From an uncultured Nitrososphaeraceae archaeon (lineage in GTDB: Archaea > Thermoproteota > Nitrososphaeria > Nitrososphaerales > Nitrososphaeraceae), in the NCBI GenBank assembly GCA_963779615.1, contig CAVZZA010000004.1:224001-288000 (forward strand): a DNA stretch of 64,000 nucleotides, in the 5' to 3' direction. The position numbers and the translations under genes were made by a program. Numbering within the stretch: the stretch's first letter is position 1; each line of letters starts with the position of its first letter. Below, piece by piece: positions 48,950-59,428 of the stretch. The notes under the pieces are model-generated. The model saw only the letters and a list, made by a program, of their open reading frames with translations. It searched no databases and was not told where the DNA came from.

Positions 48950-51115
48950 CTAGGCAGCCCTTCCGTAGGCGTTGGTTATCGTGCATGTGGCTGATTGACC
49001 TCCATTATCTATCGTACCAGTGCAACCAGCAGAATATATCATTGTGAGGGGCACTATCACCGAGACGGTGCCATCAGCAAAGTTTGCCACGTACAGGAGC
49101 CCGTTGTCGGGGTTGAAGGCGACGCCGGATGGCTGGTTTCCCACGGGTATTGGGGTCCCTACGACGGTATTTGTTGCGCCGTCGATTACCGAGACACTGT
49201 CGCTGCCGGAGCTTGTCACATACAGGAGCCCGTTGTCTGGGTTGAAGGCAATATTGATTGGTTGAAAGCCCACTTGTATTGTGGCCACCACGGTGTTTGT
49301 CGATGGGTTTATCACCGAGACGGTCCTGCCGCCACTGTTTGCCACGTACATGAACCCGTTAGCGGGGTTGAAGGCAACACCATCTGGAAAACCGCCAACG
49401 GGTATTGTGGCCACCACGGTGTTTGTCGATGGGTTTATCGCCGAGACGCTCCCGTCATCCGCGTTTGCCACGTACAGGAGCCTGTTGGCGGGATTTAAGG
49501 CAATACCACCTGGAAAGTCACCCACGCGTATTGTGCCCACCACGGTGTTTGTCGAGGGGTTTATCGCCGAGACGGTGTTGCTAAGAACGTTTGTCACGTA
49601 CAGGAGCCTGTTGTCGGTGTTGAAGGCAATACCATCTGGTAGAGAGCCCACTTGTATTGTGGCCACCACGGTGTTTGTCGATGGGTTTATCACCGAGACG
49701 GTGTCGCTGACAGAGTTTGTCACGTACAGGAGCCTGTTGTCGGGGCTGAAGGCGACGCCCCGAGGACCAGAGCCCACGGGTATGGTGGCCACCACGGTGT
49801 TTGTCGATGGGTCTATTGCCGAGACGTTGTTGCTGCCAAAGTTTACCACGTACAGGAGCCTGTTGTCGGTGTTGACGGCTATACCAAGTGGTTGAAATCC
49901 CACGGGTATGGTGTCAATGACAAAACCTTGGGGTGCATCAGTCTCACTTACATTGTAGGTGACGGGGAAAGGAGGGTTTATCGTCAGGGGAGTGCCGCTC
50001 TCAGAGCCGCTGAAGGGAATGGAGGAGCCGTTGCCTGTGGTTGCCGTAATGGTGAATTTATCTGCCGTGGGGCAGGGAACAGCAGAAGAGGAATCAAAGT
50101 TGCACTCCACATTCTTGTTGACAGTCAGGGCACTTGTAATTAGTGTCGCTGTGTTGGTAATGGTGCATGTCAGGTCCTGGCCGGCGGTTATAGTGCCTGA
50201 GCAGTCCCCGGCGGTTGTGGTTTCAAACTCGACATCTTCAGAGGCTGGGGTGGTCTCCGTTATTTCGTAGGTGACGGGGAAAGGCGGGTTTATAGTCAGG
50301 GGTGTGCCGCTCTCAGAGCCGCTAAAGGTGTACGAGGAGCCGTTGCCTATGGTTGCGGTGATGTTGAAGTCGCCTGCAGTAGGGCAGGGAACAGCGGTAA
50401 AGTCACACTCCACATGCTTGGTTACGGCTAAGATACTGGTACGTAGTGTCGCTGTGTTGGTTATGGTGCATGTCAGGTCCTGGCCCGAGGTTATAGTGCC
50501 TGAGCAGTCACCTGTGGTTGTGGTTTCAAACTCAACGTCATCGGAGTCTGGGGTGGTCTCCGTTATTTCGTAGGTGACGGGAAAAGGCGGGTTTATAGTC
50601 AGGGGAGTGCCGCTCTCAGAGCCGCTGAAGGTGTACGAGGAACCGTTGCCTGTGGTTGCCGTAATGGTGAATTTATCTGCCGTGGGGCATGGGACCGCAG
50701 TAAAATCGCACTCCACGTGTTTGATTACGGTTATGGTGCTTGGTGGAGTGACGGGTGGAGTGACGGGTGGTGGAGTTGCTGATATGCCAAGGTTTTGCTG
50801 GTTTTCAATGCTTTTGCCTTGGTCATTCAAGCCTAAAGCTGCATTGTCCCTGCCCTTTATCTGCTGGCCTTCATTGGCCTGCTCGCAACCGTCACCCCAG
50901 TAGCAGAGGTTGTCCTGGCTCGAATGCTGGTTGGTTCTTTCTGACTTGGAGTCTATGTCTTTGTGTATGCTGTCCTTGTAGTCCTTGGTGGTTTTATGGT
51001 CGCCACTGTCGCCATCAGCTGCAGCGGCAAAAGATTGGACTGGAGAAAGGTTTGGCCCTGTGGCCATCAAAGATGTTAACGTGGATAACATCAGTAAACC
51101 CCATAAAATGTTCAT
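48950..51115 (-). CDS. secreted modular protein: conserved module, 3 Ig-like repeats, YVTN-type 7-blade beta-propeller
   Basis: Signal peptide; NQHSSQDNLCYWGDGCEQANEGQQ; repeated V.K.VEC...TCTITNT domains; seven (I/V)A(F/V/L)N...LYV.N....VS.I...T..VV.TI.VG repeats. Confidence 0.9.
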   Translation of the reverse strand: MNILWGLLMLSTLTSLMATGPNLSPVQSFAAAADGDSGDHKTTKDYKDSIHKDIDSKSERTNQHSSQDNLCYWGDGCEQANEGQQIKGRDNAALGLNDQGKSIENQQNLGISATPPPVTPPVTPPSTITVIKHVECDFTAVPCPTADKFTITATTGNGSSYTFSGSESGTPLTINPPFPVTYEITETTPDSDDVEFETTTTGDCSGTITSGQDLTCTITNTATLRTSILAVTKHVECDFTAVPCPTAGDFNITATIGNGSSYTFSGSESGTPLTINPPFPVTYEITETTPASEDVEFETTTAGDCSGTITAGQDLTCTITNTATLITSALTVNKNVECNFDSSSAVPCPTADKFTITATTGNGSSIPFSGSESGTPLTINPPFPVTYNVSETDAPQGFVIDTIPVGFQPLGIAVNTDNRLLYVVNFGSNNVSAIDPSTNTVVATIPVGSGPRGVAFSPDNRLLYVTNSVSDTVSVINPSTNTVVATIQVGSLPDGIAFNTDNRLLYVTNVLSNTVSAINPSTNTVVGTIRVGDFPGGIALNPANRLLYVANADDGSVSAINPSTNTVVATIPVGGFPDGVAFNPANGFMYVANSGGRTVSVINPSTNTVVATIQVGFQPINIAFNPDNGLLYVTSSGSDSVSVIDGATNTVVGTPIPVGNQPSGVAFNPDNGLLYVANFADGTVSVIVPLTMIYSAGCTGTIDNGGQSATCTITNAYGRAA

Positions 51116-51309
51116 ATGTGAAAGACTGTCAAGTTTTCAATTTATGAAATAGGGCATCATTAACTGCAATTTTCTTTTGCGTCTATCAACCTGTAAAAAT
51201 GAGGATAACACTCTCACTAAACATGACAAAGGAAATGTTTACGGTGTCTCTTCAATTTCTATGATGCCCCATTCAGCCGTCCTTGAGAACCATCAACCTC
51301 TTGGCAGCA

Positions 51310-51560
51310 CCTTAAAACTGTCTTGCCTGCCGGCTCCTTTCCAAAATCATGGCATTAAATTCACCTATCCTTCTTGTGGGCTCCTCCACATCCCTCGCAG
51401 GATTGGACTTGAAAAAGTTTGGCCCGTCAATCTCATCATCTGCCGTTTTAAAGTTCGCAGTTTAGAGTTTTTAAAGGTGCAAGAAATCGACCATTATAAC
51501 CCATTGTTACAACCTAGATGTGATTACTACATATGTTGTTTTGTGTTGTTTTTGGTAGAG
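51310..51560 (-). pseudogene. internally deleted remnant of the HTH/coiled-coil gene (3' end fused to its upstream region)
   Basis: 51310-51465 matches 42842-43000; 51466-51560 matches the upstream region of the 57851-58186 paralog (58211-58310). Confidence 0.65.
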
Positions 51561-52478
51561 AATACTGCAAATGAAACGCAGGGGCACATTGAGTGATTTC
51601 TTGATGTGAAAACTATCAAATAAAAGGATTTACCACAATACTTCTTTATGCCTCATTTTCTTTTTCAGCCCGACCCAATTGATGAAGTGAAATTCATGCC
51701 CGTCAGGATAGACATACACAAAGGAGTTGCCAAGATAGTGGATGAGGAGATTCACCATGACTTTGAGACAAACAACACGTAGTGCGTGGTGATTGGAAAT
51801 GACAGGAAGGAAGTGCTTGCCACATTGCAGGATGGGTTTGCCAGCCAGTACAAAAGGTATGGCAAACTTGAGGAGAAGGGCATCCCAGTGATGGCTTAGG
51901 AGACAAGGCAGGCGTGGAAAAGGATACAGGGGCTTATTTTAAGGAAATAGGCAAAGAAGGCCTGTGCATGTTGCAAGCCCGATTCCGAAAGCACCCGAAT
52001 TGTTCAAAGATGCATGTTGGCCCTGAAAACAACCATACTTATAATGCCAATGGCAAAACAATAGGGGAGGAGAAGACACGCAATACATAGTTTGCAATGT
52101 CTTTATTTTGTCAGTAAAAACATACGGACTCTGGCTCGCTGCATAAAGAGGTTGTTTTTTAGAATTTTTCATGGTTGATTCTTTTTCAGATATGCTTAAG
52201 ACAGTAAAATCCATGCAGGAATCCCCATGTTTTCCACCCAACATGTTACTTCATATAATAACCATGTCAGTCATTAACCGGAATATGGTCTGCCTTTTCC
52301 CGGGCTTGGCAAGCAAAATTTATTCATGTAGTTAATCCAGGTAACTCAACCCGCTGAACGCCATGTTTTCGGGTCCGCCAATTCCGGCAATTGTCATAGG
52401 CTGGATTTTACCACAACGGCAAATATTGAAGAAACGGGGAAACTCCAATCAGAATCCGCAAGTTTGAACCAGTCAAAC

Positions 52479-53153
52479 CTATGTAACAAGATTACTAACC
52501 GTGCAGGTCTGACTCTCTCCAGCTTTTATGCTACCGTGAAATGCTTTAGCACCAAGAGCATCTTGGATACAATCTCCGGATACCTCTATAAAGATCCTAA
52601 ATGGAGGGCCAGATTCCATGAAACTGTACGAACCTTCGGGTACTGTGACTTTGGTGCAGTCTTCACTACCGGGAAATTCGGAAGGGCTGGCACCCTCGGA
52701 AGTGAATGTGAATGTAAAGTCAGAAGGCCTCACATCAAATGGGGAATTAACTTGTTTACATACGTTAAGGGTTCCTGTTGTTGGTGTTGGTGTAGTTCCG
52801 TTTCCGTTGTTTCGGGTGCCGCCTGCTGCCCCTAATGAGGATAGCGCGAGGTTGTCGCTTTGGTCATTGAACCCCTTTGCATCGTTGTCCTTGCCCACTG
52901 TCTGCTGGCCCTCATTGGCCTGCTGGCAGTCCTCGTCGCCCCTGTAGCAGAAGTTGTCCTGGTCGTGGTGTTGGCTTGCGCTCTTTTTGTCTGATTCAGA
53001 TCTTGCTGTTATTGAGGATTTAAAGTCCTTGGTTTTTTTGTGGTCGTCGTTATTGTCCCTGTCTGCATATGACTGCATCGGGATAACGCTCGTGCCGAGA
53101 ACCAGTGTTGCCGTGATTATGGCCACTAGTAAAATGCTTTTTGCGTTGTTCAA
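52479..53153 (-). CDS. secreted protein with the conserved Cys/Gln/Asn module and a single Ig-like domain
   Basis: Signal peptide; SQHHDQDNFCYRGDEDCQQANEGQQTVGKDNDAKGFNDQS; GTLNVCK...TCTVSN. Confidence 0.82.
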   Translation of the reverse strand: MNNAKSILLVAIITATLVLGTSVIPMQSYADRDNNDDHKKTKDFKSSITARSESDKKSASQHHDQDNFCYRGDEDCQQANEGQQTVGKDNDAKGFNDQSDNLALSSLGAAGGTRNNGNGTTPTPTTGTLNVCKQVNSPFDVRPSDFTFTFTSEGASPSEFPGSEDCTKVTVPEGSYSFMESGPPFRIFIEVSGDCIQDALGAKAFHGSIKAGESQTCTVSNLVT

Positions 53154-53486
53154 ATATAGAATTCAGTAACTTTTTTAGACATATCTGGAGTAGGTCTTTT
53201 ATTACCTGACATTTAATCTGAATTTGTTAACCTGTAAAGATAAGCATAATCTTTACACTTTAAATTCATCGATAAATGTTTAGCATAAATTCAGTTTAAG
53301 GTTCGGGGTCTTCTTCATACTTACTTTATTGATAATGAATACCGTAGGGACTTGCATGATTTTGCACTCATGAAAAAAAGGAAATTGTATTTTATGCATT
53401 GAAAACTTTAAATCTATATCATCCATCTAGATAATAGAATCCATTTTAAAGGACCGATATCAGCACGAAGCCCTCCGGGCCCGTTA

Positions 53487-53710
53487 ACCATATGGGTTCA
53501 AATAATTTTGCATCTCTAACAACCATTGAAGGGAAAGGAAGGGGAGCAAACGACGCCTGCTAAGTTAACAGCAACCATCACAAATACATAGAGAAGAAGG
53601 TAAAGAATCAGGTTAACATACAACTGATAGGGGAATTCTTTTATTATTAGACCACCGATCGACACGTCAGAAAGATACCAAAATGGGCTGCTCAAGGTCG
53701 ATAAGACATA
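53487..53710 (+). pseudogene. 5' remnant of family-A integrase and its leader
   Basis: Aligns with 28035-28255 (ACCATATGGGTTCAAATAATTTT...GAGAAGAAGGTAAAGAATCAGG...CTCAAGG); start codon mutated and indels present. Confidence 0.85.
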
Positions 53711-54623
53711 CAGAATAGCCTTTTGGTCTTCCTTGGCCACTGAAAAACATGATGGTGCAGGGCGCTGCTGCCTCCCTTCAGCAATTTGTTGCCAACCGCA
53801 TGGTATTTCCCTCATCCGTGTTTCATGTACACCATAACCCTCACCATAACATCCCCACGCAAGTGCAAGAAGGTATTTCCCGGCTGCCTGGTCGGGTTCC
53901 GGATGACCGAGGCATGCGGAACCGGGGCAGCATGTGCCTCGGTCGCCAAAGCAAAAGTGGATGGATTTGACCCCTTCCCTTCCGTGAGCAGACACCCTTC
54001 ACGTACCCCAGGGTGAGGATGACCCGCTTTGGGGTTGCCCCATAACCATTGCTGGGGCCGAAAGGCAGGAGATGCCTCTATGCGGCACGGCATACCTTAC
54101 AAAATAAAGCAGAACCCAACCATTGTCAAGATGTTTATATATAAGTATAGGGGTGAAAGTTGTGTATTTTTATACACCGATGCCTGAGTAATTACCCATT
54201 ATGTATCTATAGCGTGAACTTATATAACGGAATACAGAGCACAGGGCAGGCATTTGCCAACCATTCGTTTGAGGATGGAAGGTTTTTCTGTTGTCACTCA
54301 CATAGCCACCTTCCCGGGGCTGGCACAGCATGTTTAGACCTGGTTCGAATACCCATCCATCACGGCGGCAGCATACATCATGACACCCTATCTTGGACCT
54401 GATACAGTTGTGGTTGTTAGACTGGTCTTTCTGCAATGCGCCATGTCGACGGTGCGGTGGCCACGTGCTTGTCGTACTGCCGCAAAAACTTGGGCAAGGC
54501 AAGCCCCCACTGGAAAGACAGTCTGCCTGCCTTCAATCAAGGTGACTGGCTCATGTCACTCCCTGGTGGTGAGCGTTATCGATAGCCCGGGCCAAATGCC
54601 CGCGGTCCCAAGGTCAAGGTCAC

Positions 54624-55391
54624 CTAAATCTGCGCCATGCCCCCATCTACGAACAGCTCAATACAGGTGATGAAACGGCTGTCGTCTGACGCGAGGAATG
54701 TGGCGGCTTTGGCTATTTCGTCGAGGCTTCCATCCGCCCCATAGGCATGGCGGACAAAAGGCCCTCCCTGAATTGCTCCTTCTGCTCGTCAGTCTCCAGC
54801 AGCAGACCATCGAAGCCTGGCGTGTCTATCGGGCCGGGACTGATGGCGTTGACGCGGATCCTGCGCTGCTTCAGATCAACCGTCCAGGTGCGAGCGAAAG
54901 AGCGCACGGCCGCCTTGGTTGCGTTGTAGACACCAAACCCTCCAACCCCCTTGGATGCGGCCACCGAGGCATTCAAAATGATGGAACCGCCGCCACCGTC
55001 GCCCCCACCCTGAAACAGCGGAAGCGCCTTTTGCACGGTGAACAAAAGCCCTTTGGCGTTGATGCCGAATGCTTTGTCAAAGTGGGCTTCCGGAGGTTTC
55101 CCCCAGTGTTGCCAATTCCCCAATGCCGGCGTTGGCGAACAGGATGTCCATGTGGCCCCTCTTCTCCCTCACAGTGGCACACAGCCTGTCAAGGTCCGCA
55201 AGGTTTGAGACGTCCCCCTGGACACCGGTGATGCCTTTGCCTATTCGCCTGACTGCCGCATCAATCTCGCCCTGGCGGCGGCCTGTGATGAAGACATGGG
55301 CGCCCTCATCCACAAACCGCTGGGCCGCGGCAAGGCCTATGCCGCTGGTTCCGCCTGTGATGATTACGACTTTCCCTTCCAGCCTTTTCAT
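54624..55391 (-). pseudogene. short-chain dehydrogenase/reductase (bacterial-like), frameshifted
   Basis: [33 protein letters not shown] and DGGMAQI across shifted frames; visibly GC-rich. Confidence 0.85.
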
Positions 55392-56032
55392 GGTATCCTA
55401 ATCGTGACGGCAGGCTTTAAGTTTGCAAAAATGAGTGAAGATGCTTTTGCTGCTGCACACACTGAGGACACCTACGAGCAGGAGGCAGACCTAATCCATT
55501 GCGAAACGATACAAGGGTCTATCACATCCATAACGCGAATGCCCCTTCGGTGGGATGGTACACAGTGTCAGATGAGGCGACCGGTCAGGTCCAAGAAGAG
55601 CATGAGCAATTACATGCCAGTCACCTGCATACCCCTGATACGGGACAAATTGCAGTGGCACAGCCTATAGGCCACAAGGCAATAGCCCACCCGACCAACT
55701 GCATAAACAGGACATGGGAAAAGGTACTTGAAAAGATTGTAAAAACTCCCCTTTAGTATGACAGTATGAGGTCGTGCATAGTGAATTTGTCCATTAATGT
55801 ATGCCTTGTAGACAAAAACGAATAGAATATGGATATTGACAAAAAAAATGCGAGAGACAAAATATTATCAATGTCATACTTTAATATTAAAAAAGTATGC
55901 ATATATTATTTATAGAAACATATACACAGAATAATACTTTTGAGGTTTTGATTGTCTTAAAGCTTGCTAAGGGATATTTCATCCATCTTTGAAATGACAT
56001 TATCAATGAATATGAAAAAATTGTTGATTCCA

Positions 56033-56716
56033 TTAACGTAAGTTTACTATTATCCAGTATATACCATAAAGTCCAAATATCATGCTCAAAATCAAAATCA
56101 ACATTTTATAATATTTTGATTTTAATATCGATATTCCTTTAAAGACAAGGTAAGAAATCAGAGTTAGCCAAGCATAGTCCATCCATATATGAAAGGAGAA
56201 AAGAGATGCTGTTCCCGATAAAATACCAAAAGAAGAAACTGAATCAGATATAAGCTTTAGACCAACTGTTAGCCACCAAGCCAAAAAGAAAGGGTTTAAG
56301 GCACTAAATATGATGCCTGATATGACTGGTCGATTTCTGTTATTGTAACTAACTTTCTGAATCTCTTTTTTATTGTTGTTGTTTAATTTTATGGCCACAT
56401 CCTTTCCTTTAATAATGTCTTTAACCTGTAGGATGGAAAACGCAACTATGGCAATACCACCAACTATTCCAATAATCTTTAGATTTCCAACACTTGTAAA
56501 GCCAGTATAGGGAATTTGAGACATACCTACAGCCAACAATATGACTAAAGGCAGTTCAACAATAGTGTGCCCAAATGCAATTTTAATCCCTGAACGAAAT
56601 CCTTCTTTACTGCCGTATATAAGATTTGCAAAGAATAATGGACCTGGTGATAGTACACCAGATAAGGATACAAGAATTACTTCTCCTGCAAATTCAAGCA
56701 TATTCATGCTTGGCAC
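56033..56716 (-). CDS. LysE family translocator
   Basis: GVLSPGPLF...G.KIAFGH and SALNPFFLAWW; about 6 TM helices. Confidence 0.85.
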   Translation of the reverse strand: MPSMNMLEFAGEVILVSLSGVLSPGPLFFANLIYGSKEGFRSGIKIAFGHTIVELPLVILLAVGMSQIPYTGFTSVGNLKIIGIVGGIAIVAFSILQVKDIIKGKDVAIKLNNNNKKEIQKVSYNNRNRPVISGIIFSALNPFFLAWWLTVGLKLISDSVSSFGILSGTASLFSFHIWMDYAWLTLISYLVFKGISILKSKYYKMLILILSMIFGLYGIYWIIVNLR

Positions 56717-57599
56717 TTATAGAATATGCGATTCCTTGGTCCTTTTATATGTATATATCTATAACTATCTAATCCTGGAAAACGTAACCATAATATGCGA
56801 TTATATTATTGCCAAAGAAACTGAAATCAAGATAAATAACTCTACGAAAGAAGGCACAATAAAAATAATTACATTGCCGTCAATCTATTGCCACAACAGA
56901 AACACTTTTAAACAAATGACAAAGCAAAATACCCTTGATTACCTCAACAATTAAGAAAACATATAAGTAAAGACCATACCCAGAGATGAATTCCATTTTC
57001 CTGTAAAGCAGCCCTCCATAACTATTTCCCCAAATGGTTTGTGCCGTTAGGGCCCCTTTTCCTGCAGGTTTTCCTTTGATCCACTTTTCACAATCGCAAT
57101 CATGGTCATAACGTCAAACCTGTTCGGAATACCAAAGTCGGCCCTTGCCATTTCATAGTCAAATCTCTGCATACATTAGGCCGCCAATCCCCCTGATGAT
57201 GCCTCCAAGGCCAGTTCTTCCCAAGTTGCCAAGTGTCATACTGGTGCGTTTTGAAGTTGGATTAACAACAACTAGTTTTCATCTTTTGTGTAATTTTATA
57301 CGGGCATCAAATAACAGTTTTTGAAATCAAAAGGTATTTTTGAATAAGAACTATTTCATGGGTGTGGGAAAGAAAAAGCTGTCAAAGATGAAGAAAAGGG
57401 ACTGCCGAAAAAGCATGACATGGATTTTCAGCACTTTAATGATATACACGATTAACTTTCTTTGCCTAAAGCACAAAAACGAGTTTGTTGTGATAAAGAA
57501 CCGGTAAGACTACAGCAACAGGGACCCATTAAAACTGTTGGAAATTTTGAGTGAAAACAACATCGACCCTGGAAATGGTGATAGAATTTATGATACAGG

Positions 57600-58186
57600 T
57601 AACCCAAATCTTCTTGCAGAAGAAGTATTAAGCGGATATTCAACAACATGCCCTTTTGATGTCGCCCAGGTTGTCCAGCAGATAGTCCCTCTCCTCTTTT
57701 ATTGATTGGATCTTCTCCTTCCGTTTGCTCTTTCGCTGTTCGTGCCTCTACGTTGATTATGCTGTCCGTTGCGTTTCTGATATCCTTGGCTCTGGTGATG
57801 TTTATTTTTATCTCTTCAAACTTTACAAACGTGGCCAAATGGTGCTTATTCTACTTTAGGATTGTGGCTGCTTTATGCATCTTCTGCAGCCTCAAAAAAT
57901 CATACAGTGTGCTCATTACCCTGTCAGTTTCCAAATCCAAATCAATGGCTACCTGAACCGGGATCCTGCCTACCAAAAACAGTTCAAACGCCTGGCATGG
58001 TATGGACTTTGCTTTTTTTCCTTTTTCTGAGCATTCATCCTTCTTACCCTCCCTGGTCACCTTTCCCCTTATCATCTTGATGTCGGAGAAGGATACATGC
58101 GCCTGCTTGGCGATTTGTGGAAACCTAACGCCTTGGTTCAGCAAGTCTATGACCAAGTTGTCTTTTTGTTGCCTGTTTAGAATCAT
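57600..58186 (-). pseudogene. HTH + coiled-coil island gene copy interrupted by a stop at 57851
   Basis: KDNLVIDLLNQGVRFPQIAKQAHVS and QAFELFLVGRIPVQVAIDLDL; continues in ORF 57452-57838. Confidence 0.7.
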
Positions 58187-58402
58187 CGTTACATGTGATA
58201 TTGATATGCCAGTTAGTTTTTAAAGATGCAAGAAATCGCCCATTATTACCATTGTTACAAAAACCAAAGCATTGTTACATGACTTGTTTTGTATGTTGTT
58301 TTTGATGAAGAGTAACACTTATTTTTAAATATATACACAAAGCAATTATTTGTTGAATTTTTTCTTTTTTTTAAAAGGTCTTTAATAAAAAAAATCTAAA
58401 TA

Positions 58403-59428
58403 ATGGAGGCTTATATAGATTTTATGATATACTTAAAGGTAGTTTTTTGTGCTTTATGTCTATTTTTTATTTTATATACTCCATTGATAACTTTTGGACA
58501 ACAGGATAACTCAACAATTGCAAACAACCCTACAACTAACACCAGCAACTCATTCGATCTGAGTGGATTGTATATCTCTGACAACCAAGATAAATATTTT
58601 CTAAGACAAGTTGGAAATTCCTTATGGTGGATTGGAACAGATAAGGATGGTTCACATGTCATAAATATTTTCAAAGGGATTAAGGATGGAAATATTATAA
58701 CAGGACAATGGATTGATTCACCACTGGGAAAAAAAATGGGTTACGGCTCATTGAACTTAATTTTGTTAGCCAATTCAACTGAAAATGTAACATTGGTAAA
58801 AGTCCCTTCTAAAGATAAATTTCCGATAAACCAACTGATAAAATTTAATCCTGAAACTCAAGTTATTCCAAAATTTATGGTTATGTTAAATGGTGTAAAT
58901 GTGGACATCCCAAGATCACCAATCCGTGACGTATTGTATGTTGGTTTAGGCGTGAAGGAAGATAGTAATACTCCATTAACCGCAACTAGGTATCTAGCAA
59001 ACAGCGATGGAAGTTCTAACATTACTTTAGACTTAAAGCTAGGACCATTTGAGCTTGACAAAAAAGATGATGGTCTTGCCATTGTGTTTATGGGGGTGAA
59101 TAAGGAAGACTCGAGAACTACTCCAATACTAATTAGTTTAGGAGAAACACTAGTCCAACTATTTGACCCCTCATTTGATTTCTACAGCCTATCTAACATG
59201 TATCAAACAAATCTGCTAATGCGTTCATTATCTCCTGGATTACTGTCTGGCGGATGCAACGGACTTGTTTTTGCAGACAAAATATTTTTACCATTTGAGG
59301 ATTTGAAAAAATCTATATCTAACGGCATTTATTCTCAAGAAAAATCCTATCTTGGGACAGAATCGCCCCCAGGATGTGGCCCGAATTCGAAATATCAAGT
59401 AAAATGGTCAGTTGTTCCAGTAGAATAA
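58403..59428 (+). CDS. secreted/surface protein of unknown function
   Basis: Signal peptide, N/T-rich linker, YFLRQVGNSLWWIG beta-rich domain and a C-terminal Cys pair. Confidence 0.7.
   Translation: MEAYIDFMIYLKVVFCALCLFFILYTPLITFGQQDNSTIANNPTTNTSNSFDLSGLYISDNQDKYFLRQVGNSLWWIGTDKDGSHVINIFKGIKDGNIITGQWIDSPLGKKMGYGSLNLILLANSTENVTLVKVPSKDKFPINQLIKFNPETQVIPKFMVMLNGVNVDIPRSPIRDVLYVGLGVKEDSNTPLTATRYLANSDGSSNITLDLKLGPFELDKKDDGLAIVFMGVNKEDSRTTPILISLGETLVQLFDPSFDFYSLSNMYQTNLLMRSLSPGLLSGGCNGLVFADKIFLPFEDLKKSISNGIYSQEKSYLGTESPPGCGPNSKYQVKWSVVPVE

Larger units (their letters stand above)
43749..53486. mobile_element. integrated element E2 (about 9.7 kb)
   Basis: Bounded by tRNA-3' repeats at 43749-43770 and 53466-53486; begins with a family-B integrase pseudogene. 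Confidence 0.8.

Noticed and set aside
39122-49920. Regular DNA repeats of about 130 bp that could suggest a CRISPR array
   Set aside because: They are coding NHL/YVTN repeats with codon-position variation; there are no unique spacers and no cas genes.
39009-51147. Long plus-strand ORFs such as 39009-39647, 40960-42246, 47392-47946 and 49281-49895
   Set aside because: Antisense shadows of the repetitive minus-strand propeller genes.
53516-54670. Cluster of overlapping short ORFs on both strands
   Set aside because: No recognisable motifs; they partly overlap the integrase remnant and are probably decayed island DNA.
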